Assembly: GCA_965213675.1 (NCBI GenBank)
Contig: OZ243916.1
Coordinates: 2,560,001-2,624,000 of the forward strand
Source: an uncultured Candidatus Binatia bacterium
GTDB taxonomy: Bacteria; Desulfobacterota; Binatia; UBA9968; JAJDTQ01
Reading direction: 5' to 3'
DNA length: 64,000 nucleotides
The position numbers and the translations under genes were made by a program. The notes beneath the pieces were generated by a model. It saw only the letters and a list, made by a program, of their open reading frames with translations, was not told the DNA's origin and did no database searches. Shown piece after piece: positions 1 to 9,785 of this stretch. How positions within the stretch are numbered: position 1 is the first letter of the stretch; each line of letters begins with the position of its first letter.

Positions 1-284
1 TAGCGGATGAAGCTCTGCTGCACCGGATGAAGCTCGCCATCCTGGGCCAACCCTTCCACCGTGGTCACGTCGCGGCCATCGGCGAACACAGCCAGCGCCA
101 GGCACGAACTCACCATCTCGCCGTCGATAAGCACCGTGCACGCGCCGCACACCCCCACGCTGCAACCTTCCTTGGTTCCCGTGAGGCCCAAGTCGTAACG
201 GAGCACGTCCACCAGGAGCCGGTTGGTGGGAACCTCCAGCTCGTGCTCCGTCCCGTTGACGCGAAACTTGATCTTCTTGTCCAT
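1..284 (-). CDS. (2Fe-2S)-binding small subunit of a CoxS/xanthine dehydrogenase-family molybdoenzyme; runs off the window edge
   Basis: Manual translation from the ATG at 284: MDKKIKFRVNGTEHELEVPTNRLLVDVLRYDLGLTGTKEGCSVGVCGACTVLIDG...SSCL...TTVEGL...LHPVQQSF, a classic CoxS GC-x2-G-x-CGACTV motif. Confidence 0.9.
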   Translation of the reverse strand, partial: MDKKIKFRVNGTEHELEVPTNRLLVDVLRYDLGLTGTKEGCSVGVCGACTVLIDGEMVSSCLALAVFADGRDVTTVEGLAQDGELHPVQQSFIR

Positions 285-538
285 GAAATCCCTCTCTGAT
301 CGTGAGGCTTGGTCTGTCTGCCGGCTGGCGGGGTCTGCGATGATTCCCGAATGCCGCCTCTATATAGGAAGAATCCCCGCAAAGTGCAACCGGCCCGGAG
401 ACGGGTCAAACTGACGTTCCGGCGCCCGGAAACCGCGTTCGGCGGGCCGGCGACGGGAGCGCCATCCCTTGGAAATCGAGCGCGCTGGCGGCCTTGCTGG
501 CGGCGCCTCGTCCCGTGACGCCGGGTCGCGATACCCCT

Positions 539-1153
539 TCAACTCCGGTCCGCCGCGCGGCGGCCACGAGGCGGAACCGCCTCCACGGGCTTTTCCATGA
601 ACCGGCCGATGCGCGCCGCGAGGTCGTCCAGTCGCCTGCCTCCGCCACGGTCCAGCAACACGGACCCCGAGCCGATGAGCAGCAACCGCGCCGACCGGGC
701 GGGAAAGGACTTCTCTCCCGCCGTGGAGCCGGCCACGGCGAACCCACTGTACACCTGATCGTCGGCAACCCTCAGGCCCACCACCTCGTCAAAGTCCAGC
801 GTCAGCCGCCGGCGTATGAACAGGCTGCTGCGGGTCAGCGACACCGTGCGCGTGCGCCGGTCGATGCGGATGGTGCGCTTGAGGGTGAACAGGAACAGCA
901 CCACCCCGAAAAGCACGACGTTCATGGTCGGGAAGTACCACAGATTCCCCACCGCGCTGTCGAGCCCGTGGGCGCGGATGGCCAGGAACACGGGCACCGA
1001 GAGGAGGAGCAGGAAACAGGCGATGCCCAGGCACAGCAACGCCGGAAAGCGTCCACCGCGCCATGCCAGGTTCAGTTCGTGGTCTCCGGAAGGTTCCGGA
1101 CGGAAACCGAGACGGTTGCCGATGGATTCGAAGTGTCGCGGGTTCCCTGTCAT
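539..1153 (-). CDS. Hypothetical membrane protein (two TM helices plus a beta-rich C-terminal domain)
   Basis: 204-aa ORF with two hydrophobic stretches (LLCLGIACFLLLLSVPVFLAI; VVLFGVVLFLFTL) and host-like codon usage. Confidence 0.7.
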   Translation of the reverse strand: MTGNPRHFESIGNRLGFRPEPSGDHELNLAWRGGRFPALLCLGIACFLLLLSVPVFLAIRAHGLDSAVGNLWYFPTMNVVLFGVVLFLFTLKRTIRIDRRTRTVSLTRSSLFIRRRLTLDFDEVVGLRVADDQVYSGFAVAGSTAGEKSFPARSARLLLIGSGSVLLDRGGGRRLDDLAARIGRFMEKPVEAVPPRGRRAADRS

Positions 1154-1356
1154 GCGGGAATATGGCCACCCACAAATCGGTCATTGAACCGAAATGGCTC
1201 CCTGCCTCCGGACGTCACTGACATGAAACAACCCGGTTCCTGTGGTTGGCGGCCCGTGGGACCCACTTTCGTCCCCTCGTGTGCGACTCCAAGCCGGCAT
1301 GGAAGGTTCCCGCGCAGGCGGCAATCCAGGCACGCCGCGGGTGAACGGGGCTTCCA

Positions 1357-1536
1357 CTACTCCGGCTTCACCCCATGCTTGCGCAGCGCCCGGTCGGAGC
1401 GGTCGCGAACGTCCCGCTGGTTGCCTTGGGCCTGCGCGCGGATTTTCTCGTTGCAGGCCTCGCAGATGCCGCCACTCAGAGGCGCAACCCTGGCACAAAC
1501 CATGCAGCGGTCCTGTGGATCCAGTTCCTTGTCCAT
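1357..1536 (-). CDS. Small putative zinc-ribbon protein (about 59 aa)
   Basis: MDKELDPQDRCMVCARVAPLSGGICEACNEKIR...: two CxxC pairs followed by a helical tail; a -10-like TATGCT lies 7 nt upstream of the ATG. Confidence 0.6.
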   Translation of the reverse strand: MDKELDPQDRCMVCARVAPLSGGICEACNEKIRAQAQGNQRDVRDRSDRALRKHGVKPE

Positions 1537-1579
1537 GACGTGGAGCATATCCGACCTTGGGGGACGATCCAACAAGAAC

Positions 1580-2695
1580 TCATGGAGAGTCACGCCTCAC
1601 CGAGTCGATGCGTTCCAACACGATAAAGCCGTGGCTGTCCCGGACCCCGGTCACCGTCACCTCATCCAGCCAGTATGGCTTGACAATATCGTCTACGCCC
1701 GGCGGTATTCGAACTCCGTGGCTCTTCTTGTCGGCATCCACGATACGAACCGTCTCCTGACCCGTGGTGGCATCCGCCCACCGCAACACCCCTTGGACGC
1801 TGACCTTTTGAGAAACGGACACCATGTCAGGCGCCATGGATTCCGCAAGGTCGAGCTTCGACTCAAGCCTGACAGTTCGACTCTCGACACCCCGTGTGGC
1901 GGTCAAACCGACGAAACGCACCATATCGCCGTCAGGTCCGATCTTTTCGGCAAGCGAGGTAAAATTCGCGTAGTACGCATCATTTCCAATGCGTTGCCGC
2001 AATTGGCTTTTCCCTTCCAACTCGAGAACATCAAAGCAATCAAAGATCTCCCGTACCACCTCAGCGCCCTTGGCCATGCCAGGGAGACTCATTTGATCTG
2101 GCTGTCCTATATGCAAAGAGAATGCGAAACTGCCTTCCCGAGGAGTACCCATGAAAAACTCGTAGCCGCGAGTGACGGCCTGAGCAGGCCTGCCGCGAGC
2201 ACGGTAATCCATTCCAGCAATACGCTCCCCTGTGCGCAGCACCAGATTCCGGAAACTCTCCACACGAGGCATGATGGCCGTATACAACGCAAAGCCGGCA
2301 GCGACTACTGGTCCAACCACAGACACCTGAAACTCTTCCGGTTGAAGCGTGATTCCCCTCTTTGAAAGATGCCTTTGGAATTCCTCCTCTTCGAGGATTT
2401 CACGAATTTCATTCGCTATTTCGAGAGGAGGATTTCCGGCCAACCCCTGGTACGCCAGCCGTTTCGCCTCGGCCAACTCGCCGCACTCCAGCGCCAATGT
2501 GGCGGCACTCCGATACAAGACCGACCGCGTGGGCTCTTCCTCAAAGGATTGGAGAAGAAGCTGGGCGGCTTCACGTTCCAGTTCAAATGCCCGCCGCATG
2601 AGAGCGGAAGCTTCGCCACTCTGCATGCCCCGGCTGGCAAGCTTTGCCCGCTCCGCACAGCGCATTGCGGCGCGATGTGTATCGCGAACATTCAT
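1580..2695 (-). CDS. Hypothetical protein: N-terminal TPR-like helical domain plus a C-terminal region of unknown function
   Basis: 371-aa ORF, visibly lower GC than its flanks; N-terminal motif EPTRSVLYRSAATLALECGELAEAKRL...GLAGNPP; ATGA overlap with the upstream gene. Confidence 0.8.
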   Translation of the reverse strand: MNVRDTHRAAMRCAERAKLASRGMQSGEASALMRRAFELEREAAQLLLQSFEEEPTRSVLYRSAATLALECGELAEAKRLAYQGLAGNPPLEIANEIREILEEEEFQRHLSKRGITLQPEEFQVSVVGPVVAAGFALYTAIMPRVESFRNLVLRTGERIAGMDYRARGRPAQAVTRGYEFFMGTPREGSFAFSLHIGQPDQMSLPGMAKGAEVVREIFDCFDVLELEGKSQLRQRIGNDAYYANFTSLAEKIGPDGDMVRFVGLTATRGVESRTVRLESKLDLAESMAPDMVSVSQKVSVQGVLRWADATTGQETVRIVDADKKSHGVRIPPGVDDIVKPYWLDEVTVTGVRDSHGFIVLERIDSVRRDSP

Positions 2696-3264
2696 CGCCG
2701 TATCATGGTTGATCGCGGGGTTCCGAACTCTACTACGATGACATAAGCGGGGATTCCCAGATAATCTGACTGTTTCGTCTGATCCGTCTTCTGCGTAACA
2801 CGCGCATTGAGTCTGGTGGAGTCGCCCTTTCGGATACCGGACACCTCAAGCCGCGCATCTCCCAACGAAAGTGGATCGGGTGATCCGCGGTCCGAGCTTG
2901 ATTCTTTCTCGTATAGCCAATAATCGAACCCGGAACCACGACGCGACCCAAGCCATTTCATGGCTCGCTCACCGATAGTGTATTCCGTAAACCCGTCGAT
3001 CAACAATACGGCAACACCGCATGCTCCCGCCTCTGTCGCGTCCTCGGGATCCCAGGAACGTCGGGCTTGCTCGGGATTACGCAAGGGCTTCCAGTGTATA
3101 TTCGGATCAGCCCGAACATTACCTTCGACGACGAGTTTGACCCCGCTTGAGTGACGGCAATCCTCAAAACAAATTATGGCGGCTTGCGCCATAATTCGGC
3201 CCACATCCGCCTCAACACCCGGCATACGCCCAGCGCCCAACGCTTCCAAGTGAATTGCCACCAC
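2692..3264 (-). CDS. Hypothetical protein, possible restriction-endonuclease-like (PD-(D/E)xK variant) fold
   Basis: GTG start after GGGAG; motifs EDATEAGACGVAVLL, GSGFDYWL, ARLEVSGI, PAYVIVVEFG; lower GC; the fold call is inference. Confidence 0.75.
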   Translation of the reverse strand: MVAIHLEALGAGRMPGVEADVGRIMAQAAIICFEDCRHSSGVKLVVEGNVRADPNIHWKPLRNPEQARRSWDPEDATEAGACGVAVLLIDGFTEYTIGERAMKWLGSRRGSGFDYWLYEKESSSDRGSPDPLSLGDARLEVSGIRKGDSTRLNARVTQKTDQTKQSDYLGIPAYVIVVEFGTPRSTMIRR

Positions 3265-3574
3265 ACGCTCCCTGTGGGGATACCGATACTCCGAAACTAG
3301 GCAGACGCTACCGTTTCTGCCAGTGAGCACTCGTGGCGCGGAGGGCCATGTCGATTCGCCGCTCAAGCGCACGTATGGCCGCACCGCGAGACCCGTTCGC
3401 CGGGCGCCATGACTCCAGCGCTGAACATGGCAAGAGTGTGCCCGCGCCCCCGGCTCGCTGTCAACAGACTTCCGTCTCAAGCCAACCCACTGCCGCCTGC
3501 ACCGACACCATCCGGTCAACGATTGGTCCTTCCAACAGACCGACCTCGCGCAGTCATGTGCCTCCGTACCATTG

Positions 3575-4081
3575 TCACGGCACGACCCTGATCTGTGCCG
3601 GGCTCTCCAGGATCATCTCCAGCCCGTACTTGGGGTCGTCCTTGATGCGGCCGGTCAACTCCACCTCCTTTCCCTGGAACTGGTTCGGGGGTGCGGCCGC
3701 GCGCTCGAAGGCGCCGGCGGCGGACGAGAAGATGACCGCGGTGAAGGCGGACCGGGAAGGTCCGAAGTCCAGGAACCAGGTGTTGCTCCTGGACGAGTGG
3801 CCCACGCGGTACACCCGGCCCCGGACCCGCGCCAAGGCCCCGGCCAACTCCTGGAGCCGCTCGACCTCCATCACGTCGACTTCCGGCAACTCTCCGTCGC
3901 CGGCTGGATTCGTTCCGGTGGAATCGCCGCGAGTGACCGCGCCGTCCTCCCGTTCCCGCGCGCACGGCGCCGGTCCCAGCCAGCGCGTGTACACCAGATG
4001 CGCGAGGAAACCGGACAGAAATGCGCCGAGCGCAAGCGCCGCCAACGGAACGGAGAACCGCTGCAAGAAAGCTGCCGACAT
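3575..4081 (-). CDS. Membrane-anchored OB-fold protein
   Basis: N-terminal hydrophobic helix, then VRGRVYRVG...TWFLDFG...FTAVIF...GKEVELTGRI...EMILESPAQI, a typical OB-fold strand pattern. Confidence 0.75.
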   Translation of the reverse strand: MSAAFLQRFSVPLAALALGAFLSGFLAHLVYTRWLGPAPCAREREDGAVTRGDSTGTNPAGDGELPEVDVMEVERLQELAGALARVRGRVYRVGHSSRSNTWFLDFGPSRSAFTAVIFSSAAGAFERAAAPPNQFQGKEVELTGRIKDDPKYGLEMILESPAQIRVVP

Positions 4082-4263
4082 CCCTTGAACCTCCCCAACG
4101 GCAAGTTTGTCTCTCCGTAGGAGGAATCGGCGGGGTCGGCCGCGCCTTAAGCCGTGCGGGAGAATTTCGGCTGCGAACGCTTGGGGGCTAGTGTGGTTGC
4201 GGTTCTCGTGGGACAGGTCCGTGGCCGCGACCCGATCAGGCATGCGGATCGCTGTCGGACGGC

Positions 4264-5385
4264 CTACGGCCGGCACATCTCCAGGATCAGCCTCTCCATC
4301 ACGGCCTGGGGTTGGTGGCCGGAGGACTTGAGGCGGGCATCGGTGTCCCGGAGCAGCCGGAGGAAGGTCTTGAGTTCGGGCAAGGTGAATTTCTCCGCGC
4401 GCTGCAACGTCAGGTAGTTGGCGTAGGGGCTCGCAGTTGGGAGGCCCTCGGTGTCGGGCGGAACCTGCTTCTGGAACTCCGCGTAGGACATGCGCCGGCG
4501 CCAGACGTCGTGAAGCTCCCGGTCGAGGAGTTGGCGCGCGCTCACCAGGCGGCGCACATGGCTCGCGATGGCCCCCAGCATCATCAGTGGATACTCACCG
4601 CCAGCCATGAGACGGCGCAGAAAAACCAAGGCCCGGAGGGTATCCCGTTGGCCCAGGGCGTCGGTGAGATCGAACACCCAGCTTTCCGACTGGTCTGTGA
4701 AGATATCCTCGACGTCGGCTGCGTTCACCGTTTCCGCGTCGCCCGCATGGAGGATCAGCTTCTCGAGCTCCTGGTGCACGGTCCAGAGTTCGTTGCCGCA
4801 CCGCGACAACACCATCTCGCGAGCCTTGGTCTCGATGCGCTTGCGCGCCCGCCGCAGGTGCTGTTCGAGAAACGCGGCCAGCGACTCCCGGCGGATGCGT
4901 CCGCTCCGGTCGCGTTCCACCGACAGGTCCACGACGCACCCCTGACGACTCAACTGCTTGTAGGCGCGCCCGCGCTTGTCCGCCCTGGGGGCCAGCAGCA
5001 GCAGGCGCGCGCCGCGCGGCAGCCCGCGTTCAAGGAGTTGCGCGATCCGGTCCGGCTCCTCGGCCTTGCCGGAAGCGGGCGCCGGCTCGTTCCCCGCGTC
5101 TCCCTTGCGCTCGGGAGGCGCGAACCAGGGAACGTACTCCGCCACCACCGTGCAGGCCGGGGCGAAGAGCGACGGTGTCATGAGGGCGGTCTCGATTTCG
5201 CCCCACGGGACGGCGCGCGCGTCGAACCGGGAGACGGCGAGGCTCGCGCCCGAGCCGGGGGCGAGATGTTCCAGGATCGCCCGGCTCGCCCCCCGGACAC
5301 GATACTCGTCTCCGTGAAGCAGCATGATCGCCGGCCCCTCGCCCTGGCCAAGGGCCTGCAGGAGCGCTTCGATGTCTTGCGCCAT
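4264..5385 (-). CDS. holA: DNA polymerase III subunit delta
   Basis: LLHGDEY at the N-terminus, TPSLFA, ELEKL, VFDLTDA, DARLKSSG...MERLILEMC at the C-terminus. Confidence 0.9.
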   Translation of the reverse strand: MAQDIEALLQALGQGEGPAIMLLHGDEYRVRGASRAILEHLAPGSGASLAVSRFDARAVPWGEIETALMTPSLFAPACTVVAEYVPWFAPPERKGDAGNEPAPASGKAEEPDRIAQLLERGLPRGARLLLLAPRADKRGRAYKQLSRQGCVVDLSVERDRSGRIRRESLAAFLEQHLRRARKRIETKAREMVLSRCGNELWTVHQELEKLILHAGDAETVNAADVEDIFTDQSESWVFDLTDALGQRDTLRALVFLRRLMAGGEYPLMMLGAIASHVRRLVSARQLLDRELHDVWRRRMSYAEFQKQVPPDTEGLPTASPYANYLTLQRAEKFTLPELKTFLRLLRDTDARLKSSGHQPQAVMERLILEMCRP

Positions 5386-5423
5386 GGATCACCGCGCCCG
5401 GGGCGGCGCCAGTGGGCCGCATT

Positions 5424-5651
5424 CTATCGTTTCGAAACCCACATCTGGTTCTTCTCGCTCCAGGCGTAATCCGATTTCCAGACTTTGAGACCGACCGTGA
5501 AATCGCCGCCAGAGCGGGAAAGGAAGACCTTCTGGGTCGAATGGGGGATGTCCACCCGCGCCACGGTCATCACCTGTCTGCGCAAGTTCCCTCGGATCAG
5601 AACGCGGTCTCCCACCTCCATCGTGATGCGTTGTCCCTTGGTGCGTTTCAC
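5424..5651 (-). CDS. Small hypothetical protein, possibly an SH3/KOW-like beta-barrel; start may be 5651 (GTG) or 5621 (ATG)
   Basis: MEVGDRVLIRG...VMTVARV...; fills the gap between holA and the divergent FAH gene. Confidence 0.5.
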   Translation of the reverse strand: MKRTKGQRITMEVGDRVLIRGNLRRQVMTVARVDIPHSTQKVFLSRSGGDFTVGLKVWKSDYAWSEKNQMWVSKR

Positions 5652-5899
5652 GTCTTGACAGTATCACCGCCTGGACGGCCGCGCAATTTCGGGAGCCGTA
5701 CGAACCGCCGCCTCCCACGTCGCGGCCACAGCTTGACAAAGGGCGCGATGCTTCTCTATGAGAGACGAGGCCGGGATTACGGAACCGAGACGCTTGTTCG
5801 AACTGCCAGCCCGCCTCGCCGTTTCCTGCTTTACGACACAGAGAACGAGAAAGCCGTGCAGACCCGGCCCCGGGGGCGGGAGTTGCGCAGGAGGTCGCC

Positions 5900-6847
5900 A
5901 TGCGTTTCGTGACTTACAACTTTCAGAGCAAGCCCCATTTGGGCGTGATGACCGGCGCCGATCAGATCATCGATCTCCAGGAGGTTGCCAAGCGCTACCT
6001 GCCCGGCGACACCGCCGCCTATCTGGGCAGCATGCAGTCGTTCATCGAGGCCGGCGCCAAGGCCGTCAACACCGCCAGGAAGGCCGCCCGGTACGTCGGC
6101 GAACTCGATGCCAAGGGCGCCCGTAGGCTCGCCCAGACCAACATCCTGGTGAAGCGTAACCGCGTAAGGCTGCTGTCGCCGATCCCCGCCCCGCGAAAGA
6201 ACGTCATCTGTCTGGGAGTGAACTATCAAGAGCACATCGACGAGGGTGCGCGCGCGCGCGGCATCCAGTTCAACACGCCCGAGGCGCCGGTATTCTTCAC
6301 CAAGCCGGCCACCTCGGTGATCGGCGACCAGGGCAAGGTCCTCGCGCACGCCGTCACCAGCAAAATCGACTGGGAAGTGGAGTTGGCCGTGGTCATCGGC
6401 CGCAAGGGCCGGAATATTCCCGCCGCCAAGGCCAACGATTACATCTTCGGCTACACGGTGTGCCTGGACATGACCGCCCGCGACCTGCAGCGCCGTCACC
6501 TCCAGTGGTGGAAGGGCAAGTCCCTGGACACCTTCTGCCCGCTGGGACCGAGCATCGTGCACAAGAGCGCCATGCCCGACCCCAGGAACATCCGGCTCCA
6601 GTGCCGCGTGAACGGCGAGACCATGCAGGACGGCAACACGCGGGACATGATCTTCGACATCCCCACGACCATCGAGAGCCTGTCCGCCGGCCTCACCCTG
6701 GAACCCGGCGACATCATCAGCACGGGAACGCCGTCAGGCGTGGGCTTTGCCCGCACTCCGCCCATTTTCCTCAACGTGGGCGACAAGGTGGAAGGCGAAG
6801 TCGAGGGCATCGGCGTGCTGGAGGTCAAGATCGCGGCGGCGCGCTAG
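5900..6847 (+). CDS. Fumarylacetoacetate hydrolase family protein
   Basis: CLGVNY..H, FFTKP, DWEVELAVVIG, DMTARDLQ, GKSLDTFCPLGP, LEPGDIISTGTPSGVG; RBS AGGAGG. Confidence 0.95.
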   Translation: MRFVTYNFQSKPHLGVMTGADQIIDLQEVAKRYLPGDTAAYLGSMQSFIEAGAKAVNTARKAARYVGELDAKGARRLAQTNILVKRNRVRLLSPIPAPRKNVICLGVNYQEHIDEGARARGIQFNTPEAPVFFTKPATSVIGDQGKVLAHAVTSKIDWEVELAVVIGRKGRNIPAAKANDYIFGYTVCLDMTARDLQRRHLQWWKGKSLDTFCPLGPSIVHKSAMPDPRNIRLQCRVNGETMQDGNTRDMIFDIPTTIESLSAGLTLEPGDIISTGTPSGVGFARTPPIFLNVGDKVEGEVEGIGVLEVKIAAAR

Positions 6848-6999
6848 GATTGTGGTGTCTGCGCCGCAGGGCGGCATCCTGTTCGGCGGTAATGGATCAT
6901 CGTTTCTTCGAAGCCGCGCCGTCATGTGCCAGCCACTGGCGTCTCGTCCGGAAGATGCAATAATGTAACCAGTGCTGCGTGTGTTCGCGGGGATTACCG

Positions 7000-7200
7000 G
7001 TGGTCATCCGAATCAACGGCAAGGACAACGAAGTCGCGGTGGACATCAGTGTCGCCCAACTCCTGGAGCACCTGGAGATTCGGCCCGGACGCGTGGTGGT
7101 GGAACTCAACGCCGAGGTCGTTGCACGGGACGCGCACGGCGACACGCGATTGAAGGACGGCGACGAGGTGGAGATCGTGCACTTCGTGGGAGGCGGATAA
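7000..7200 (+). CDS. thiS: Sulfur carrier protein ThiS
   Basis: Ubiquitin-like 66 aa ending EIVHFVGGG, immediately upstream of thiG. Confidence 0.93.
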   Translation: MVIRINGKDNEVAVDISVAQLLEHLEIRPGRVVVELNAEVVARDAHGDTRLKDGDEVEIVHFVGGG

Positions 7201-7204
7201 AGTC

Positions 7205-8014
7205 ATGACCGAATCCACGGCCCAAGCCTCGGAAGCGGACGCGCCCGATTGCCTGCGCCTGGCCGGCAAGGAGTTCCGCTCACGGCTGATCGTCGGCACC
7301 GGCAAGTACAAGGACTTCGAGGAGACCCGCAAGGCCATCGAGACCTCCGGCGCGGAGATCGTCACCGTGGCGGTGCGGCGCGTCAACGTCACCGACCCAA
7401 ACCAGGAAAACCTGCTCGACTACCTCGACCCCCGGAAGTTCACCATCCTGCCCAACACCGCGGGCTGCTACACGCCGGAAGAAGCCGTGCGCACCTGCCG
7501 CCTGGCGCGTGAGGCAGGGGTCGGCGACATGGTCAAGCTAGAGGTCATCGGCGACGACAAGACCCTGTTCCCGGACACGCCCGGCACGCTGGAGGCCGCG
7601 CGCCTGCTGGTGGCGGACGGCTTCACCGTGCTGCCGTACATCAGCGACGACGTGGTCACCGCGAAGAAGCTCGAGGACATGGGCTGCGCCGCGGTCATGC
7701 CCCTGGCGGCGCCCATCGGCTCGGGCCTGGGCATCCGCAACCCCTACAACATCCGTATCATCCAGGAACACGTGTCCATCCCCGTGATCGTCGACGCGGG
7801 CGTGGGCACCGCGTCCGACGCCGCCATCGTCATGGAACTGGGGTGCGACGGCGTGCTCATGAACACCGCCATCGCCGGCGCCAGGGACCCCGTGCTCATG
7901 GCCGACGCCATGAAGCAGGCCGTGGCAGCCGGACGCAAGGCCTTCCTGGCCGGACGCATACCCAAGAAGCTCTACGCCACCGCCTCCAGCCCCATCGAGG
8001 GAATGCTCACCTGA
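7205..8014 (+). CDS. thiG: Thiazole synthase
   Basis: [52 protein letters not shown]. Confidence 0.97.
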   Translation: MTESTAQASEADAPDCLRLAGKEFRSRLIVGTGKYKDFEETRKAIETSGAEIVTVAVRRVNVTDPNQENLLDYLDPRKFTILPNTAGCYTPEEAVRTCRLAREAGVGDMVKLEVIGDDKTLFPDTPGTLEAARLLVADGFTVLPYISDDVVTAKKLEDMGCAAVMPLAAPIGSGLGIRNPYNIRIIQEHVSIPVIVDAGVGTASDAAIVMELGCDGVLMNTAIAGARDPVLMADAMKQAVAAGRKAFLAGRIPKKLYATASSPIEGMLT

Positions 8015-8123
8015 GCGCGGCCGCCAGCGGTCGTCGGTCCCGACACTTGAGACGCCGCAAGCTCCTCGACACTGGCCGGGCAGGCCCGCGCCAACCACCG
8101 CTTGCCCGCCGAAGAGCAGAACG

Positions 8124-8750
8124 TTGCGCACCATCGACTTCGACCTGTACCTCGTCACCCACCGCAACACCACGGCGGGCCGGGATCTGTTGTGGGTGCT
8201 GGAAGAAGCCCTGGAGGGCGGGGTCCGCGCCATCCAACTGCGCGAGAAGGACCTGGAGGCGCGCGCGCTCCTGGAGCTGGCGCGGAGAGTGAACGCACTG
8301 TGCCACCGCTACGGCGCGGAGCTGTTCGTAAACGACCGCGTCGACGTGGCGCTGGCCGCGGACGCCGCCGGCGTGCACCTTGCGGCAAACTCCCTGCCCG
8401 TGGAAATCGCACGGGAACTGCTCGGCCCCGACCGGAAGATCGGCGTCTCCACCCATTCGGCGGCGGAAGCGCGAGCCGCCGCCCAAGCCGGCGCCGACCT
8501 CATCGTCTTCGGCCCCGTCTACCCGACCCCCTCCAAACTTGCCTTCGGCGCTCCGCAAGGCCCCGCCGCCCTCAAAGCCGTCACCGACGCCGCGCCCATC
8601 CCCGTCTTTGCCATCGGCGGCGTCAAGCAGCGCCACATCCCCCAGATCAAGGCCCACGGCGCCGCGCGCATCGCCCTCATCTCCGCCATCTCCGAAGCCC
8701 CCGACCCCCGGACCGCGGCACGAGACATGCTCGCCGCGTTGCGGGCGTGA
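8124..8750 (+). CDS. thiE: Thiamine phosphate synthase
   Basis: LYLVT, IQLREK, VNDRVDVA, GVHL, GVSTH, GPVYPTPSK, AIGG. Confidence 0.93.
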   Translation: MRTIDFDLYLVTHRNTTAGRDLLWVLEEALEGGVRAIQLREKDLEARALLELARRVNALCHRYGAELFVNDRVDVALAADAAGVHLAANSLPVEIARELLGPDRKIGVSTHSAAEARAAAQAGADLIVFGPVYPTPSKLAFGAPQGPAALKAVTDAAPIPVFAIGGVKQRHIPQIKAHGAARIALISAISEAPDPRTAARDMLAALRA

Positions 8751-8870
8751 GCACGGGTCACCCCTTCCCCTGGTTTCCCGACCCCGGTCAGGATCCAGGA
8801 GCTGCGGCGCAGGCTCCTGGTGTCGAGTCCCAGGTTTGGTATATGGTTACAGCCCACGAGGAGGTACGCC

Positions 8871-9578
8871 ATGCGAGATTGGGAAGAGATCATCCCTGAG
8901 TACGACCGCCAAGTCTACGAGAAGGCCGGCTACACCGGAAAGCAACCCTTCGGACGGAAGCCCGCGCTACTCATCATCGACGTCATCACGGCCTTCACCG
9001 GCACCAGACCGATGGAGACCCTGGAGGCCATCGACGAGTTCCGGTCGAGTTGCGGCAAGGCCGCGTGGCAAGCGCTGCCGCACATTCGCAAGCTCTTGGC
9101 AGCGTGCCGCAGGGCCAAGGTGCCGGTGATCTATTCCACCAGCGATCCTGAATTCAAGGCCGTGTTCGGCAACGCCACCAAGCGCGCCAAGGAGCCCACG
9201 ACATCGAGCGACAAGGCGGTGGAGTTCCCGCAGATGATCCGGCCGCGCAAGGATGAATACGTGGTGCACAAGGCCCGCGCCAGCGCGTTCTTCGGCACCC
9301 ACCTGATCACCTATCTGACGCGCAAGAGCATCGACTCGCTCATCGTCACCGGCGCGTCCACCTCCGGCTGCGTCCGTTCCACGGTCATCGACGGCTACTC
9401 CAACGGCTATTCCGTGTTCGTAGTGGAGGAAGGCACTTTCGACCGCTCGCCCTTTTCGCACCTCGTGAACCTCTACGAGATGAACAGCAAGTACGCCACC
9501 GTGGTGACCCGGGCCGAGGCCCTGGCGTACGTCGAGTCGCTGCGCGCCGCGCCGGAACGCCGGGCGGTGGAGAGGTAG
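8871..9578 (+). CDS. Isochorismatase-family cysteine hydrolase
   Basis: PALLIIDV, K.RASAFFGT, IVTGASTSGCVRST; RBS GAGGAGG. Confidence 0.92.
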   Translation: MRDWEEIIPEYDRQVYEKAGYTGKQPFGRKPALLIIDVITAFTGTRPMETLEAIDEFRSSCGKAAWQALPHIRKLLAACRRAKVPVIYSTSDPEFKAVFGNATKRAKEPTTSSDKAVEFPQMIRPRKDEYVVHKARASAFFGTHLITYLTRKSIDSLIVTGASTSGCVRSTVIDGYSNGYSVFVVEEGTFDRSPFSHLVNLYEMNSKYATVVTRAEALAYVESLRAAPERRAVER

Positions 9579-9785
9579 CGAGCGGCTCAGGAATCGGCTC
9601 CGTACGAATGGGCCGCCAGCCCGTCGGGTGCGGAGGTTCTGGCAGGACCCGAACGCGCGCCGAACAGACACCGCGGCGCCTGTCGGCCCTGGTCCAGGAC
9701 AGGGGCGCCCGGCCGGTCATCCCTGCGGGAGATCGTCTGGTCAGGGCTTTACGGCGCAGGCTCCCAGTCACAGCAGGAGAACTGA

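Noticed and set aside
494-2365. 623-aa plus-strand ORF
   Set aside because: Antisense shadow across three better-supported minus-strand genes; no recognisable motifs.
6848-6999. TPP riboswitch upstream of thiSGE
   Set aside because: The conserved GCTGAGA...CCTGA core is not visible.
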